Shown here piece by piece: positions 19,367-30,000 of a stretch of DNA of 64,000 nucleotides; the stretch's first letter is position 1, and each line of letters opens with the position of its first letter. The stretch covers positions 248,001 to 312,000 of the IMG/VR virus record IMGVR_UViG_3300044712_001937, one strand, 5' to 3'. The notes below the pieces were generated by a model that did not search any database, was not told where the DNA came from, and worked only from the letters and a program-made list of their open reading frames with translations. The translations under genes and the position numbers were made by a program.

Positions 19367-20855
19367 GTTTAGTTGTTAATACAGTTGCAGCAATGCTCGG
19401 TCTGGTTAATGCTACGTATTTTATCTGATTTCGTTCTCTTACGAGCCAATTTTGGTTAATATCATTCTCCATCACGAATACATGTGAATATGTACTACCT
19501 TGAGATTTATGCCCGGTAATTGCATAACCATAATCCATATCTTTAACAATAACGTCACTACTACTTCTGGCTTGACCATTAATATATTTATCAATGGTTT
19601 TCATCAAAATATTATTGCGTCTAAATTCGTAATATTTTTTCCACAATTTTTTATTGTTTTTTGCTGAATCTCTAAAGTAATCATGCATTTGTCCATATAA
19701 ATGTAAATTTTCGAAATTATTAGCATTTACAATAAAAACATCAGTAAATTTAAACTCACCTCTCGCTAAATCTTCTCTAATATTAACTCTATATCCTTGA
19801 ATTCCATATTGATTTTCTTCAAGTCTGGATTTATCCATTATTCTATAGTCTGCAGAATTCTCAATAATATTACTATAATTATTTTCATCAGTAATACTTC
19901 TATAACCCATTAATACATCTCCAACTTCAATAATATCAGTATTAGTACCAAATAATTCTTCCCTAATAACTAAATTAGATGCTTTTACAGTATCATTTTT
20001 CCATGCAATAAGTTTACAAAAGTCAGTATCTTTTTTAAACTCATCAGTTGAGAATTTTTCAATAATTGCATTTCTAAATTCTTTTTTATTTATTAAAAAT
20101 CGAATACCTTCACCTAAATCATTAATATTAGTTATTCTTTCAATACCTCCATCAATACTTTCAAGATTATTTCTTAAAGCATCATATACAAATGCTAATG
20201 GATTTGTATCGTTTTGTCTTTCAACTTTAGTAAGCTGATAAAAATCTTTTGAATTGTCTTGTTCAAAAACAGCACTCTTAGCCTCACCTACAGGTGGTAT
20301 CTGTGCAGAATCACCCATAAATAAAACTCTTGTTCTACTATTTTTAGTTTTTTCAATAAGAAGATTATATAATTCATGATTAATCATAGATGCTTCATCA
20401 ATAATAACCCAATTATAATCAGTTATTCTTGGTAATGCAATAGGATTAAACTTTGGGTCATTTGGATTAAAATTATCAAGTTCAACATCAGGTCTTAATC
20501 CCAATAATCCATGTAATGTTTGACCTTCTTCATTGGTAGTGTTTATAATAACCTTCTTAGCTTTATGCGTTGGTGCTGATACTACCACACCTCCATGATA
20601 ATCTTCAAGAAGTTTTTTAATAATTGTGGTCTTTCCTGTTCCAGCATATCCGCTTAACGTGAAAAATGTTGATTTACCATTTCTTAACCAATAATTAATT
20701 TTACCTAAACCATCAAATTGTTCAGGATTAAATGTAATTATTTTTCCACTTGGTAATAATAATTGATTATCATTAACATATGTTTTAGGTGCTTTAGATT
20801 TAGTGCTATCTCGTAAGAGATATTCTAATTCATTCCTATTCCATCCTTTGTTCAT
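19359..20855 (-). CDS. SF1B ATP-dependent helicase (Dda/RecD-like)
   Basis: GYAGTGKTT, APTHKA, IIDEASM, GDSAQIPPV, YAITGHKSQGSTY, YVALTRP. Confidence 0.92.
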   Translation of the reverse strand: MNKGWNRNELEYLLRDSTKSKAPKTYVNDNQLLLPSGKIITFNPEQFDGLGKINYWLRNGKSTFFTLSGYAGTGKTTIIKKLLEDYHGGVVVSAPTHKAKKVIINTTNEEGQTLHGLLGLRPDVELDNFNPNDPKFNPIALPRITDYNWVIIDEASMINHELYNLLIEKTKNSRTRVLFMGDSAQIPPVGEAKSAVFEQDNSKDFYQLTKVERQNDTNPLAFVYDALRNNLESIDGGIERITNINDLGEGIRFLINKKEFRNAIIEKFSTDEFKKDTDFCKLIAWKNDTVKASNLVIREELFGTNTDIIEVGDVLMGYRSITDENNYSNIIENSADYRIMDKSRLEENQYGIQGYRVNIREDLARGEFKFTDVFIVNANNFENLHLYGQMHDYFRDSAKNNKKLWKKYYEFRRNNILMKTIDKYINGQARSSSDVIVKDMDYGYAITGHKSQGSTYSHVFVMENDINQNWLVRERNQIKYVALTRPSIAATVLTTKLD

Positions 20856-21151
20856 TGTTTTTTGAGATTTTTTAGAAAATCTAATAACAATACAAGAAGA
20901 TATTTATTATCAATATATCCTATAGTATCATAATCAAAGAATTCCACTTTATAGTTATTTTCTATAATGCATTCAGTATTAGCATTACTAATTAACATAG
21001 TAATTTCTTCACCATGTATATCCTTTAATTTAAACGTAAAATAATGATATGGTTCACCACCACTATCTTCTTTGTTCACATCTTCTCGTTTAAACCCTAA
21101 AGATAATAAAAATTTTTCGGTAATTATCGTATTTTCTTTTGAACTTGACAT
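20852..21151 (-). CDS. Hypothetical protein
   Basis: 99-aa ORF. Confidence 0.6.
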   Translation of the reverse strand: MSSSKENTIITEKFLLSLGFKREDVNKEDSGGEPYHYFTFKLKDIHGEEITMLISNANTECIIENNYKVEFFDYDTIGYIDNKYLLVLLLDFLKNLKKQ

Positions 21152-21153
21152 TT

Positions 21154-21741
21154 TTAATACATATTAAAACCTTTATTTTTCAAAAATAAAATAGTATTTC
21201 CAATTCTTTCATTATGATTGAATGCCCAATCCAAATTATTGTTATAAAAATCTGATAATTTCATCCATTTAACTTCTGCAGTTTCATTATTTTTGAATTT
21301 TTCAATTTCAATTGGAAATTTACCATTTTCAAATTCATAACACATAACATAAACAAATGATACATTCTGACGTTTATCTTTATTAGGATTATCATTTATA
21401 AAATATGGTTGTTTATCATTATTAAACACTAAATACTTTTCAATATCCGGTAAATATAATGAAGATTCTTCATAAATTTCTCTCGTAACTGCCTCATAAC
21501 ATGATTCTTGCCAATCTAAATATCCACAAGGTGCACAATATTTATTTTTTTCATCAATCATATTGTTAGACCTTTTTATAATTAAGATGTAATATTCTCC
21601 TTCATAAAAAGCCACAATAATACCAACTACAGCAACTGCTCTACTAATCCAAAAATCTTGATGAATTTTAGTACCTAACCCATCATCATAACGATAAACA
21701 ACATGTTGATTAGGTTTATTATTAAATATCGGTTTTCCCAT
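21154..21741 (-). CDS. Nudix hydrolase
   Basis: PCGYLDWQESCYEAVTREIYEES Nudix box; WAFNH. Confidence 0.88.
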   Translation of the reverse strand: MGKPIFNNKPNQHVVYRYDDGLGTKIHQDFWISRAVAVVGIIVAFYEGEYYILIIKRSNNMIDEKNKYCAPCGYLDWQESCYEAVTREIYEESSLYLPDIEKYLVFNNDKQPYFINDNPNKDKRQNVSFVYVMCYEFENGKFPIEIEKFKNNETAEVKWMKLSDFYNNNLDWAFNHNERIGNTILFLKNKGFNMY

Positions 21742-21742
21742 A

Positions 21743-22228
21743 TTATGTTAATTTTATTATTTTTCTTTTAAGATTCCAAATCCTCATACACCCCAATTTA
21801 GCTACTTTAAGTTGTTCTTCTATTGTTAGCTTTCTTGAACCTTTTATTTTCTTAGCATCCTTTATTTTAGTGGCATGAATTCTGTCATTATAACCTCTTT
21901 GACAAATAAAAACACCCGCATCTTCTGGAAATAAACCTACACATTTTCCATAAATTTCTTCAGGAATTGCATAATAAAATTCATTAATTTTATTATCACG
22001 TTCATGATGATTATGCCTTTTTTTAAAATCAGCTAATAAATCTTGTTTACTACGCTTTATTTCAACTTCAACAGCTAAACCTGAACGTTTAACTATAAAC
22101 ATATCGCATTCATGTGATACAAATCCCCATGATAAATTAGGAACCATTAAATGTCTTCGAGTTCCATAATATTCTGAAATAGCAATTTCAATTTCAGTAC
22201 ATGAAATAGTTTTAAGCTTTGCCGTCAT
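21743..22228 (-). CDS. PD-(D/E)xK nuclease-like protein (MmcB-like)
   Basis: ECDMF...EVEIKRSKQDLLAD, FYYAIP. Confidence 0.7.
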   Translation of the reverse strand: MTAKLKTISCTEIEIAISEYYGTRRHLMVPNLSWGFVSHECDMFIVKRSGLAVEVEIKRSKQDLLADFKKRHNHHERDNKINEFYYAIPEEIYGKCVGLFPEDAGVFICQRGYNDRIHATKIKDAKKIKGSRKLTIEEQLKVAKLGCMRIWNLKRKIIKLT

Positions 22229-22770
22229 TATTTCTTTTTTTCATTTTTTGGCACTTCTGGAACTGAATTTATTCCTAATTCTAATACATAATTAAAGAAT
22301 TTACTTAATTTTTGGTATACTATATCATAAATTTCTTTAATCATATCTTTTAAGAACCAATCTATAAGGGATATTACCCATAAAAGCCACCATCTTTTTA
22401 CATTATTTTTAATATTTCTATTAATTGTATATTCAAAATCAGAACTACGTCCTTCTAATCGGCTTTTATTTAATTTATTTTTTTCAATTCGACCATGAAA
22501 GAAAATTCTTATAATAGCATAAATTATTCCAATTATAAGATATCCTAATACCAATTTCCAAGTAATAAAATTTATTACAATATTCCAAGTTTCTTTACCA
22601 AAGAAATAAAATAATAAACTTGTAATAACAAGAGCTGTTGTAGCAATATAACCATTCTCATCCCAATCTGCTACAAAACAAAATGTAATAAATAAACCTA
22701 ATACGGCAATCCCTAAAATTGCACTACCAAATAATTGGATTACTAATAATCCTGATAATAGTTCTAACAT
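22228..22770 (-). CDS. Multi-pass membrane protein
   Basis: Several hydrophobic segments. Confidence 0.7.
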   Translation of the reverse strand: MLELLSGLLVIQLFGSAILGIAVLGLFITFCFVADWDENGYIATTALVITSLLFYFFGKETWNIVINFITWKLVLGYLIIGIIYAIIRIFFHGRIEKNKLNKSRLEGRSSDFEYTINRNIKNNVKRWWLLWVISLIDWFLKDMIKEIYDIVYQKLSKFFNYVLELGINSVPEVPKNEKKK

Positions 22771-22795
22771 AGTTTTTAAACATTAAATTAATAAT

Positions 22796-23365
22796 TTAAG
22801 CTAATTTTTTATCTTTAATTAAATTGCGAAGAAATACATTTTTTTCGCCACCAATAATTTTAACCCATTCTGAATATTCATCTGGATTTGCTTCAATCAA
22901 ATTTTCTTCAGGAGATAATACTAATCTATTACCTTCCGTATTACCAAACTTTTCATAAACTCCATTAATAAAATATTGTTTAAAATCCGGATAATCTTTT
23001 CGATTAAACACTCTTTCATCGCAGATAAAGCAAACCGAAGTCAAAGCATCATTTAAATCTGGTTCACGAAAATATGAAAAATTAATATAATTTTCTCTAT
23101 TACCATAATTAAAATGAATAATATCTGCCTCAATTTGATTTAATGAACCAAAATAAATGTTATCAACAAGTTTATCACTTGTTGTGCCACCATTAAGAAT
23201 AATCCAAGTCTTCCAATTATCAACAAAATCTCTAAATAATCCAGTATTTCCAAAATGACGAGCATATTCTAAAGCAGCATGCCCACATTGTATTCCCTTA
23301 GATATATTATCTAATGAAAATACCGTAAAAAAATACATTCTAAGTTCTAAAGGTTTATTTTCCAT
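22796..23365 (-). CDS. PTH2-like peptidyl-tRNA hydrolase fold protein
   Basis: GIQCGHA, IILNGG, FREPDLNDALTSVCF. Confidence 0.65.
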   Translation of the reverse strand: MENKPLELRMYFFTVFSLDNISKGIQCGHAALEYARHFGNTGLFRDFVDNWKTWIILNGGTTSDKLVDNIYFGSLNQIEADIIHFNYGNRENYINFSYFREPDLNDALTSVCFICDERVFNRKDYPDFKQYFINGVYEKFGNTEGNRLVLSPEENLIEANPDEYSEWVKIIGGEKNVFLRNLIKDKKLA

Positions 23366-23366
23366 A

Positions 23367-23882
23367 TTAATCTTTAAATTTATTTACAAAATCATTATAA
23401 TCATCACAAAATATAATATTTTCATCATTAAATATAATGTGATTATTAATTATAAGAAAAATATCTTTCCACATATCACCTAACAAATATACGTTTGGTT
23501 TATCTTTCATTTTTCTTATAAAATCCAAAGTTAAGAACAATTCAGCCATAGTTCCAAAAGCACCCTTTTGAACTACAAACATATCTGATAAAATTATTAA
23601 TTCTCTTAATCTATCAAACAAATCTATTGCAGGTTGTACATCTGTAAGATATTTATTACCTTCTATACTGCCGAAACTATAGCAAGTATAACCTATTACT
23701 TCACCGCCAGCTTCTTTAGCTCCTTTAGATACTGCTTCCATTAATCCCCGGTATCCACCATTTTTAACTATATAATTTTTATTAGCTAAAAATTTACCAA
23801 TTTCAATAGAATCTAAATATTCTTTTGAATCAGTAATATTCAATGCTCCACCAAAAAAAGCCACAGATTTCATATTATTCAT
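23367..23882 (-). CDS. SLOG/LOG-family protein
   Basis: GGYRGLMEAVSKGAKEAGG, RLRELI, GAFGTMAEL. Confidence 0.82.
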   Translation of the reverse strand: MNNMKSVAFFGGALNITDSKEYLDSIEIGKFLANKNYIVKNGGYRGLMEAVSKGAKEAGGEVIGYTCYSFGSIEGNKYLTDVQPAIDLFDRLRELIILSDMFVVQKGAFGTMAELFLTLDFIRKMKDKPNVYLLGDMWKDIFLIINNHIIFNDENIIFCDDYNDFVNKFKD

Positions 23883-24213
23883 CAGTTTTAATTAAAACAG
23901 CATCTTTAAAACCCGGAGATGTTTCCATATCATAACTACCATCTTCATTTGGTTTCATCTTATATTTATAACGTAAAATTATTTTAATAATCCATATTCT
24001 GATATAAATATAATATAATTCAATTCTTAAAGATATTTTATACATATTAATATTTTTTTATAATTTTTTCGAGTTGTTTTACAATATCAAGAGTATTGTT
24101 ATATTCATGAACTAATACAGTATGTGCGTAGTCAGATATTTTATGATTCATTTTAATACTACGAGCAGTATTTTCGTCCATTAATTTTTTAATTAATAAC
24201 TGTATTTCTTGTT

Positions 24214-24462
24214 TCATATTGTTGAAGTATTAAGTTCATCTTTTGGAATATAATTACAAACCTCTTGTGGTTCTAAATACCATTCTGCAAACATTTTAAA
24301 TTTATTCATCGGTATTCTCATTGTAGTTGCACCCATTTTTAATACAACAACATTAGGTTCAACTGTAATTGAATCTTCATTATGTCCAATGCCTTGTTCA
24401 TTTAATAAACCTGCTGTGTACATATCTGGACAATCACAAGGACGTAATTTATTTTTTTCCAT
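24214..24462 (-). CDS. Hypothetical protein (likely start MEKNK at 24462)
   Basis: CDCPD motif. Confidence 0.55.
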   Translation of the reverse strand: MEKNKLRPCDCPDMYTAGLLNEQGIGHNEDSITVEPNVVVLKMGATTMRIPMNKFKMFAEWYLEPQEVCNYIPKDELNTSTI

Positions 24463-24559
24463 TATTTTTATTATGTATGATAGCGTTAATGATAAAACAT
24501 ACTGCAAGAAAAACCAATGTAACTATTATCGCTATTAATAATTCATTAATCACTTTCAT

Positions 24560-24808
24560 TTAAAAATCAATATTATTTTCTTTTAAAAATTGGCGAAGAG
24601 TAAGTTTTCCAGTATGTTCAATTCTTGTACCGAAGTCTAAAGACCCATTATCATTCTGATAACTCTTATCCAAGAACTCATCTTTATTTTTTAAAGCACC
24701 ATAATGTTTATCGGTTTGTAGGTCACATTTTTCTTGCAGTTCTTCAATAGAAGTAACCCAACCCCAACAAGCATTTGATTCATACCAAAATTTAGGAAAG
24801 TTATTCAT
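24560..24808 (-). CDS. Hypothetical protein (likely start MNNFP at 24808)
   Basis: Promoter motifs at 24831-24865 lie inside the longer ORF call. Confidence 0.55.
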   Translation of the reverse strand: MNNFPKFWYESNACWGWVTSIEELQEKCDLQTDKHYGALKNKDEFLDKSYQNDNGSLDFGTRIEHTGKLTLRQFLKENNIDF

Positions 24809-24879
24809 TAGTTCGTAATTTATATTATTGCAAATATATACGAAAAAAATGAATAAGTGATACAAATAAGTTAAAAATT

Positions 24880-25410
24880 TTACCCAAGTTGTAATGTTTC
24901 ATTAAACAATCTAAAGCTTGGACTTTCAGTTAAATCTATTAGCGCAACGAAATTTATTTTAATACCATATTGAGCAACTTCACTTTGAGTATCTTCAGTT
25001 AAAGCATCATTAATACCTCCAACATTAGTTATACAAGTTTCAAATTCATTAACAGATATTGTATTACGAATAATTATACATGTTTTATCTGAAATAGCAC
25101 TTCTGGTATCATATACCTTATTATAAAAATCTTCAATATTTTCAATTGAAAAACCTACAACTCCTTTAACAATTAATTCTTTTCCATCAGATGTTATAAC
25201 TGATTGTGCTGGTAATACCATAGTTGTATCAACAACATTATCTGAAAGTACGGTTTGTACATATGGAAATTTAAAATGTATTCCGGGTTTTAATACTTTT
25301 GATTTTCTACCAAAAGTATATCTTACTCCATTTTGAAATTGAAATATTATTACAAATGGAATGATATTCTTTATTTGATTGAGAATGAAATCAATAAGTT
25401 TGTCAAACAT
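24880..25410 (-). CDS. Short SPFH/band-7 protein
   Basis: GVRYTFG, LKPGIHFKFP, QSVITSDG; class B promoter 25425-25432. Confidence 0.82.
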   Translation of the reverse strand: MFDKLIDFILNQIKNIIPFVIIFQFQNGVRYTFGRKSKVLKPGIHFKFPYVQTVLSDNVVDTTMVLPAQSVITSDGKELIVKGVVGFSIENIEDFYNKVYDTRSAISDKTCIIIRNTISVNEFETCITNVGGINDALTEDTQSEVAQYGIKINFVALIDLTESPSFRLFNETLQLG

Positions 25411-25450
25411 TTTAATATTTTCTTATAAATACAAAATGTTTTATTATAAT

Positions 25451-26452
25451 TTATAATTTTATTCCAAGTATATTTAAAATATACTCCAAACGTCTATTCT
25501 GTATAGAATAAAAATTTAATTTTTTAATAACATCATTTCTGGCGTTATCTAAAATATACTGGTATCTTTCTTTATTCCTTGAAATATCTACAATTTTATC
25601 AACGAACTCATTACAATCTTTAGCTAAAAAACCATTATAACCATCAATTACAATATCACTATATGTTATAATATCACTTCCAACAAAAAAAGTATCAGAT
25701 AATGCTGCTTCAAGAAATTTAAGATTGCTTTTACATTGATTAAACGGAATGTTTATAAGTGGAGCTATTGAAACTGTTACATTTGAATATAAACTAAAAA
25801 AATTATTTATAGGTATAAAATTAACGACATCAAAATTATCTAAACATAGTTTATTATTTGTTAACAAGTTTATATATCCTTCACTTGCTTGATGCCTTTC
25901 AGTAATTTCATAACCATAAAGTGTAAATTTATGATTATTTAAGGTATTATTTAATTTAAAATTAAGATTTTGAACTAATGAAAAATCTTTAAGATGAGAA
26001 TTATGACCTAAATAACCAATATTAAAGATATTTTTATTTTTAGGTATCATAAATCGAGCATCTAAATGAGGTATTGAATTTTCAAAAACGTCAATATCTA
26101 TTTCAACATTATGCTCCAGCATTTTTGTTTTTAATCTTTCATTAGTTGTAGTAATTTTATTGGCATATCTTAACCAGATAACAAAATCTGGTCGATTTAA
26201 AAAATAATCATCAACATCAAAAATTATAAATTTACCATGCTGTTGAGCTTGTTTAAAAAATTTTCTTATTGAATGTTTAGCCAAATAAATAATATCATAT
26301 ATTGTTGAATTTTCTAAGAAATTACTTTCATAAATATATTCAATTTCGATATCAAATTTAATTAATTCTGATTTAAGATATTCAAATGGTAAAATTAATC
26401 TATACCATTCACAAGCTCCAAAATTATCTCTGAGTACTATACCTATTTTCAT
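25451..26452 (-). CDS. GT-B glycosyltransferase (GT4-like)
   Basis: FIIFDVDD, IGYLGH, IAPL...FNQCKSNLKFLEA, GYNGFL. Confidence 0.8.
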   Translation of the reverse strand: MKIGIVLRDNFGACEWYRLILPFEYLKSELIKFDIEIEYIYESNFLENSTIYDIIYLAKHSIRKFFKQAQQHGKFIIFDVDDYFLNRPDFVIWLRYANKITTTNERLKTKMLEHNVEIDIDVFENSIPHLDARFMIPKNKNIFNIGYLGHNSHLKDFSLVQNLNFKLNNTLNNHKFTLYGYEITERHQASEGYINLLTNNKLCLDNFDVVNFIPINNFFSLYSNVTVSIAPLINIPFNQCKSNLKFLEAALSDTFFVGSDIITYSDIVIDGYNGFLAKDCNEFVDKIVDISRNKERYQYILDNARNDVIKKLNFYSIQNRRLEYILNILGIKL

Positions 26453-27107
26453 TATTTCTGTATCTTGGAATTTCAAAAAATTCTATATATAATTTATAAA
26501 AATCAATATTGGAGATTTTGATTTCATTTTCAGTATTTGCAAGTTTCCAACGGATGTAATCAAAGCTTAATTGGTCTCTCCAACTACTAATTTTTAATTC
26601 TTCCCACCATAATTTGTAAAAATGTCTAATTTTTTCATTATTTCTAATGATTCTACCGCCTTGAGAATGTAAACCATATTTTATTGGAAAACCTTCTTTT
26701 AAATATCTTTCTTTCTGATTATCGACAATGTTTTTATATTCAGGAAATCTTTTATTAACTGCATTAAATTCATCATAAATACAAATTCTTCTATCATGAT
26801 AAGCTAACACAATATCAGTTTCAGGAGTAAGATAATCTAATAAACAATTGAAATCACGTTTAATCACCATACTTGCATCAATTTTGACTACAATATCATG
26901 ATTTAAATATTCATAAAAATGTGTATAAATATATCGAGACAGCCATTTTGGGTCTAAATCACTATCAATTTTAATTATTTTCCAGAAATTTGAAGTTATA
27001 TCTTGGTCAGTTATACAATAATAATCCCATTCATTATCCGGTTTAATATCATGATTAGATAACGTAACATCACTACCTGTTAATGCGCAAAAACAAGCTT
27101 TTTTCAT
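26424..27107 (-). CDS. DUF616/TOD1-like glycosyltransferase, copy 1
   Basis: YYCITD, KIDAS, HDRRICIYDE, WRDQLSFDY. Confidence 0.75.
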   Translation of the reverse strand: MKKACFCALTGSDVTLSNHDIKPDNEWDYYCITDQDITSNFWKIIKIDSDLDPKWLSRYIYTHFYEYLNHDIVVKIDASMVIKRDFNCLLDYLTPETDIVLAYHDRRICIYDEFNAVNKRFPEYKNIVDNQKERYLKEGFPIKYGLHSQGGRIIRNNEKIRHFYKLWWEELKISSWRDQLSFDYIRWKLANTENEIKISNIDFYKLYIEFFEIPRYRNNENRYSTQR

Positions 27108-27769
27108 ATTATATCATGATTAATATGTTCGTTATACTTAAATATTTTTTTAATTAAATAACGGAAATTAATATTTGCAATATTTAATTCGAATTCTGAA
27201 TTAACAGAAATCCAACGAACAAAATCAAAACTTAATTGGTCTCTCCAGCAATTTGTTGAAATTTCTTCCCACCATAATTCATTAAATTTTCTAATTTTTT
27301 CATTATTTCTCATAACCCGGATTCCCTGATAATGTAAACCATAATTTTCAGGAAATCCTAATTCACGATATTTTATCATTTGATTATTAACTAATTCTTT
27401 TGAATTTGGAAATTTATTAACAACAGCGATGCTTTCATCATAAATACAATTTCTTTTTTCATGTTTAGCTAATACAATATCAATTTCAGGTGTAAGAAAA
27501 TCTAATAAATAATCTAAATCATTAATAATTATCATATTTGCATCATGCTTTACAATAATATCACAATCAATAAATTTATCAAAATGAGTCCAAATATACC
27601 GGGATTGATATTTTGAATCTAACGCACTATCAATTTTAATTATTTTCCAGAATTTTGAAGTTATATCTTGGTCAGTTATACAATAATAATCCCATTCACT
27701 ATTAACAATGAATGGGAGTTTTAAAGTATCATAATTTCCTATTATAACACAGAAACATGCTTTTTTCAT
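27104..27769 (-). CDS. DUF616/TOD1-like glycosyltransferase, copy 2
   Basis: IIGNYDTL, YYCITD, HEKRNCIYDE, WRDQLSFDF. Confidence 0.78.
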   Translation of the reverse strand: MKKACFCVIIGNYDTLKLPFIVNSEWDYYCITDQDITSKFWKIIKIDSALDSKYQSRYIWTHFDKFIDCDIIVKHDANMIIINDLDYLLDFLTPEIDIVLAKHEKRNCIYDESIAVVNKFPNSKELVNNQMIKYRELGFPENYGLHYQGIRVMRNNEKIRKFNELWWEEISTNCWRDQLSFDFVRWISVNSEFELNIANINFRYLIKKIFKYNEHINHDII

Positions 27770-28320
27770 AATAATCGAGTTTGTAAATCTACAATCAAGT
27801 TATTTATTGCTTCATTATGAATATTAATATCAATAGGTACTATACTTAATTCATCAGAAGATTTAGCACTATCAATAGCATCTTCTTTAGTATATACACC
27901 CGCAAAATATTTATATGAAGTATATCCACATGAATTCGGTCGATAATATTCACCTCTTTTTTTGATATAACAATATTGAATTGTTGAATCATTTAATATT
28001 AACTCTAATTCAGCAATTCGTTTTCTTTCATTTAAAATTTTATTGATTTGAAATAAAGTCTTTTTATCACCTTCAAATTCATACCAATCAGCTTCTTCGC
28101 ATCTTTTAACTGGAATTGTTAAATAAGTTACATTATCATTAGTACTTCTTAATGATAAATATAAACATTGGCAATTATTTCGACTTAATAGAATTGATTT
28201 AGCTTTGTTTAATGAATCCGCATGGCAAATCTCACTTGAGTATTGATGCCCTTCATTTATTCTTGAAAAATCAATTTCATATGCCTTTTGAATTAATTTA
28301 TACATAACTAATATCTCCAC
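27766..28320 (-). CDS. Hypothetical phage protein
   Basis: YYRPNSCGYT...AGVYT motif. Confidence 0.65.
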   Translation of the reverse strand: MEILVMYKLIQKAYEIDFSRINEGHQYSSEICHADSLNKAKSILLSRNNCQCLYLSLRSTNDNVTYLTIPVKRCEEADWYEFEGDKKTLFQINKILNERKRIAELELILNDSTIQYCYIKKRGEYYRPNSCGYTSYKYFAGVYTKEDAIDSAKSSDELSIVPIDINIHNEAINNLIVDLQTRLL

Positions 28321-29750
28321 CTATTATATGACGTATCGTTATTATCGTCATCAGAACTATATTCATTTGAAATAATCCAGATATTTATTCCTATTGAAAT
28401 TATTATTGCAAATATGAAAATAAACCACATTGCACCTTTAGATGGCTCTACAGTAAGATAATCAAACTGTTTGAAACTTCTTTTTTCAAATCTATTTAGA
28501 TTTTTATCAAGAAATAAATACAAATCATTCCATGTTTTTTCAGTTAATACCGGATAATTAAGTGATTTAACTTTTATAGTAGTATCAACATAAGTAGTAT
28601 CATTTTTAGGTTTAAAATTATCTACTTTATTTAATTTACTAAGTTTACCTTTATTTATTTTATTCTTTATTGTTTTAAAACCTTTATTATTATCATTAAC
28701 AATTGAAAGAACTGGAGGAATCATTTTCTTAATAACAGTATCTTTATATTGATACATGCCCATTACATAATCTTTTACTTCGGCAGTTAATATAGCTGTT
28801 GGACTCCATGAAAATGCATACGACCACAATATTTCATTACCTTTTTTACCAATACATAATACTAACTCATTTTTATTACCTCTTACCCAATAATTTTCTT
28901 GTTTTAACGCAATATCCATTGGTTTATTCTCATAAACTAAAATCCATAACCGTAAATGGTTGGAAACACCAAATTTTCCATTTAAGCGTTTAAAATTTTC
29001 TTGAGTATTTTTAGATACACTTCCACCTAAAATTGTAGGATATTCCAATCCATTAGTATTTGAAAACCAACCACCATTTTTACAATCCGGATATTTAAAT
29101 AATTTTAAGCTATCAGCATCTGCTTCTGAAACCATTTTAATATTAAAAATTGTTAAATCAGATGCTTTTACTTTATTTACATAAGAATGTAAGCTTGCAT
29201 ATGCTTTTCTTGTATTTTCCTGTTTATTCCATTTAGTTTCGTAAGTATATGAGTATTCACCAACTTCTTTTCCTTGAAATTTAGTGCCATCACTACCAGT
29301 ACATCTATCATCAGAATCGTAATTCTCAACTTTATCTATAACAGTTTTCTTAGTATTAAATTGTCGAACTAATTCATCATGTTCTTTTTCAGTAATACTG
29401 AATTCTTCATTAAGATTAGTTATCGCCCACCAAGAAGGTGCATGGTCATCTTGATACGAACAATCATAATCGGTACAATGTTCTTTTCCATCACTATCAG
29501 TAGTACAATCTTGGCAAGTTTTATGTACCCATTCATTCCAAGGTTCTTTTTCATATACTGCAACTACAGTTGAACCCCAATATTCACTATAACTAACTTT
29601 AGCACTTTCTACACAAACTTTAGTAATAGCTATTACAATGGCAACAGATGCAATAGGAATAAAAAATTCCCACCATGTAAATTCATGTTTTTTATACAAA
29701 TAAAAGCCAAATGTGATGGCAAGTGGAATTAATAGTGCTAACCAATACAT
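28308..29750 (-). CDS. Large membrane protein with extracytoplasmic domain (TPM-like region possible)
   Basis: Two N-terminal TMs, Cys-rich C..DSDG..HC..YDC loop, WVRGNKNELVLCIG, C-terminal TM. Confidence 0.7.
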   Translation of the reverse strand: MYWLALLIPLAITFGFYLYKKHEFTWWEFFIPIASVAIVIAITKVCVESAKVSYSEYWGSTVVAVYEKEPWNEWVHKTCQDCTTDSDGKEHCTDYDCSYQDDHAPSWWAITNLNEEFSITEKEHDELVRQFNTKKTVIDKVENYDSDDRCTGSDGTKFQGKEVGEYSYTYETKWNKQENTRKAYASLHSYVNKVKASDLTIFNIKMVSEADADSLKLFKYPDCKNGGWFSNTNGLEYPTILGGSVSKNTQENFKRLNGKFGVSNHLRLWILVYENKPMDIALKQENYWVRGNKNELVLCIGKKGNEILWSYAFSWSPTAILTAEVKDYVMGMYQYKDTVIKKMIPPVLSIVNDNNKGFKTIKNKINKGKLSKLNKVDNFKPKNDTTYVDTTIKVKSLNYPVLTEKTWNDLYLFLDKNLNRFEKRSFKQFDYLTVEPSKGAMWFIFIFAIIISIGINIWIISNEYSSDDDNNDTSYNRWRY

Positions 29751-29805
29751 AATATTATTTTTTTAGTTTGTATTAATTACGAATTAATTTACAATATGTT
29801 GCAAA

Positions 29806-30000
29806 TTAATATCTACTTTTTAAACTAAGAATTTGATTTTTTTCATCCCAGAAATCAACTTTAACCTTATTTTCAAGGTCTGACATTTTTAAATTAAAAT
29901 CATATTCAGGATTAAAATTCTTGTCTTTTACTGTTTTTCCATTATAATAAACAATATTACTTTTTGTAATTAACTTAATGATTGATAGTTTAGTTTCCAT
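29806..30000 (-). CDS. Hypothetical protein
   Basis: 64-aa ORF. Confidence 0.5.
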   Translation of the reverse strand: METKLSIIKLITKSNIVYYNGKTVKDKNFNPEYDFNLKMSDLENKVKVDFWDEKNQILSLKSRY

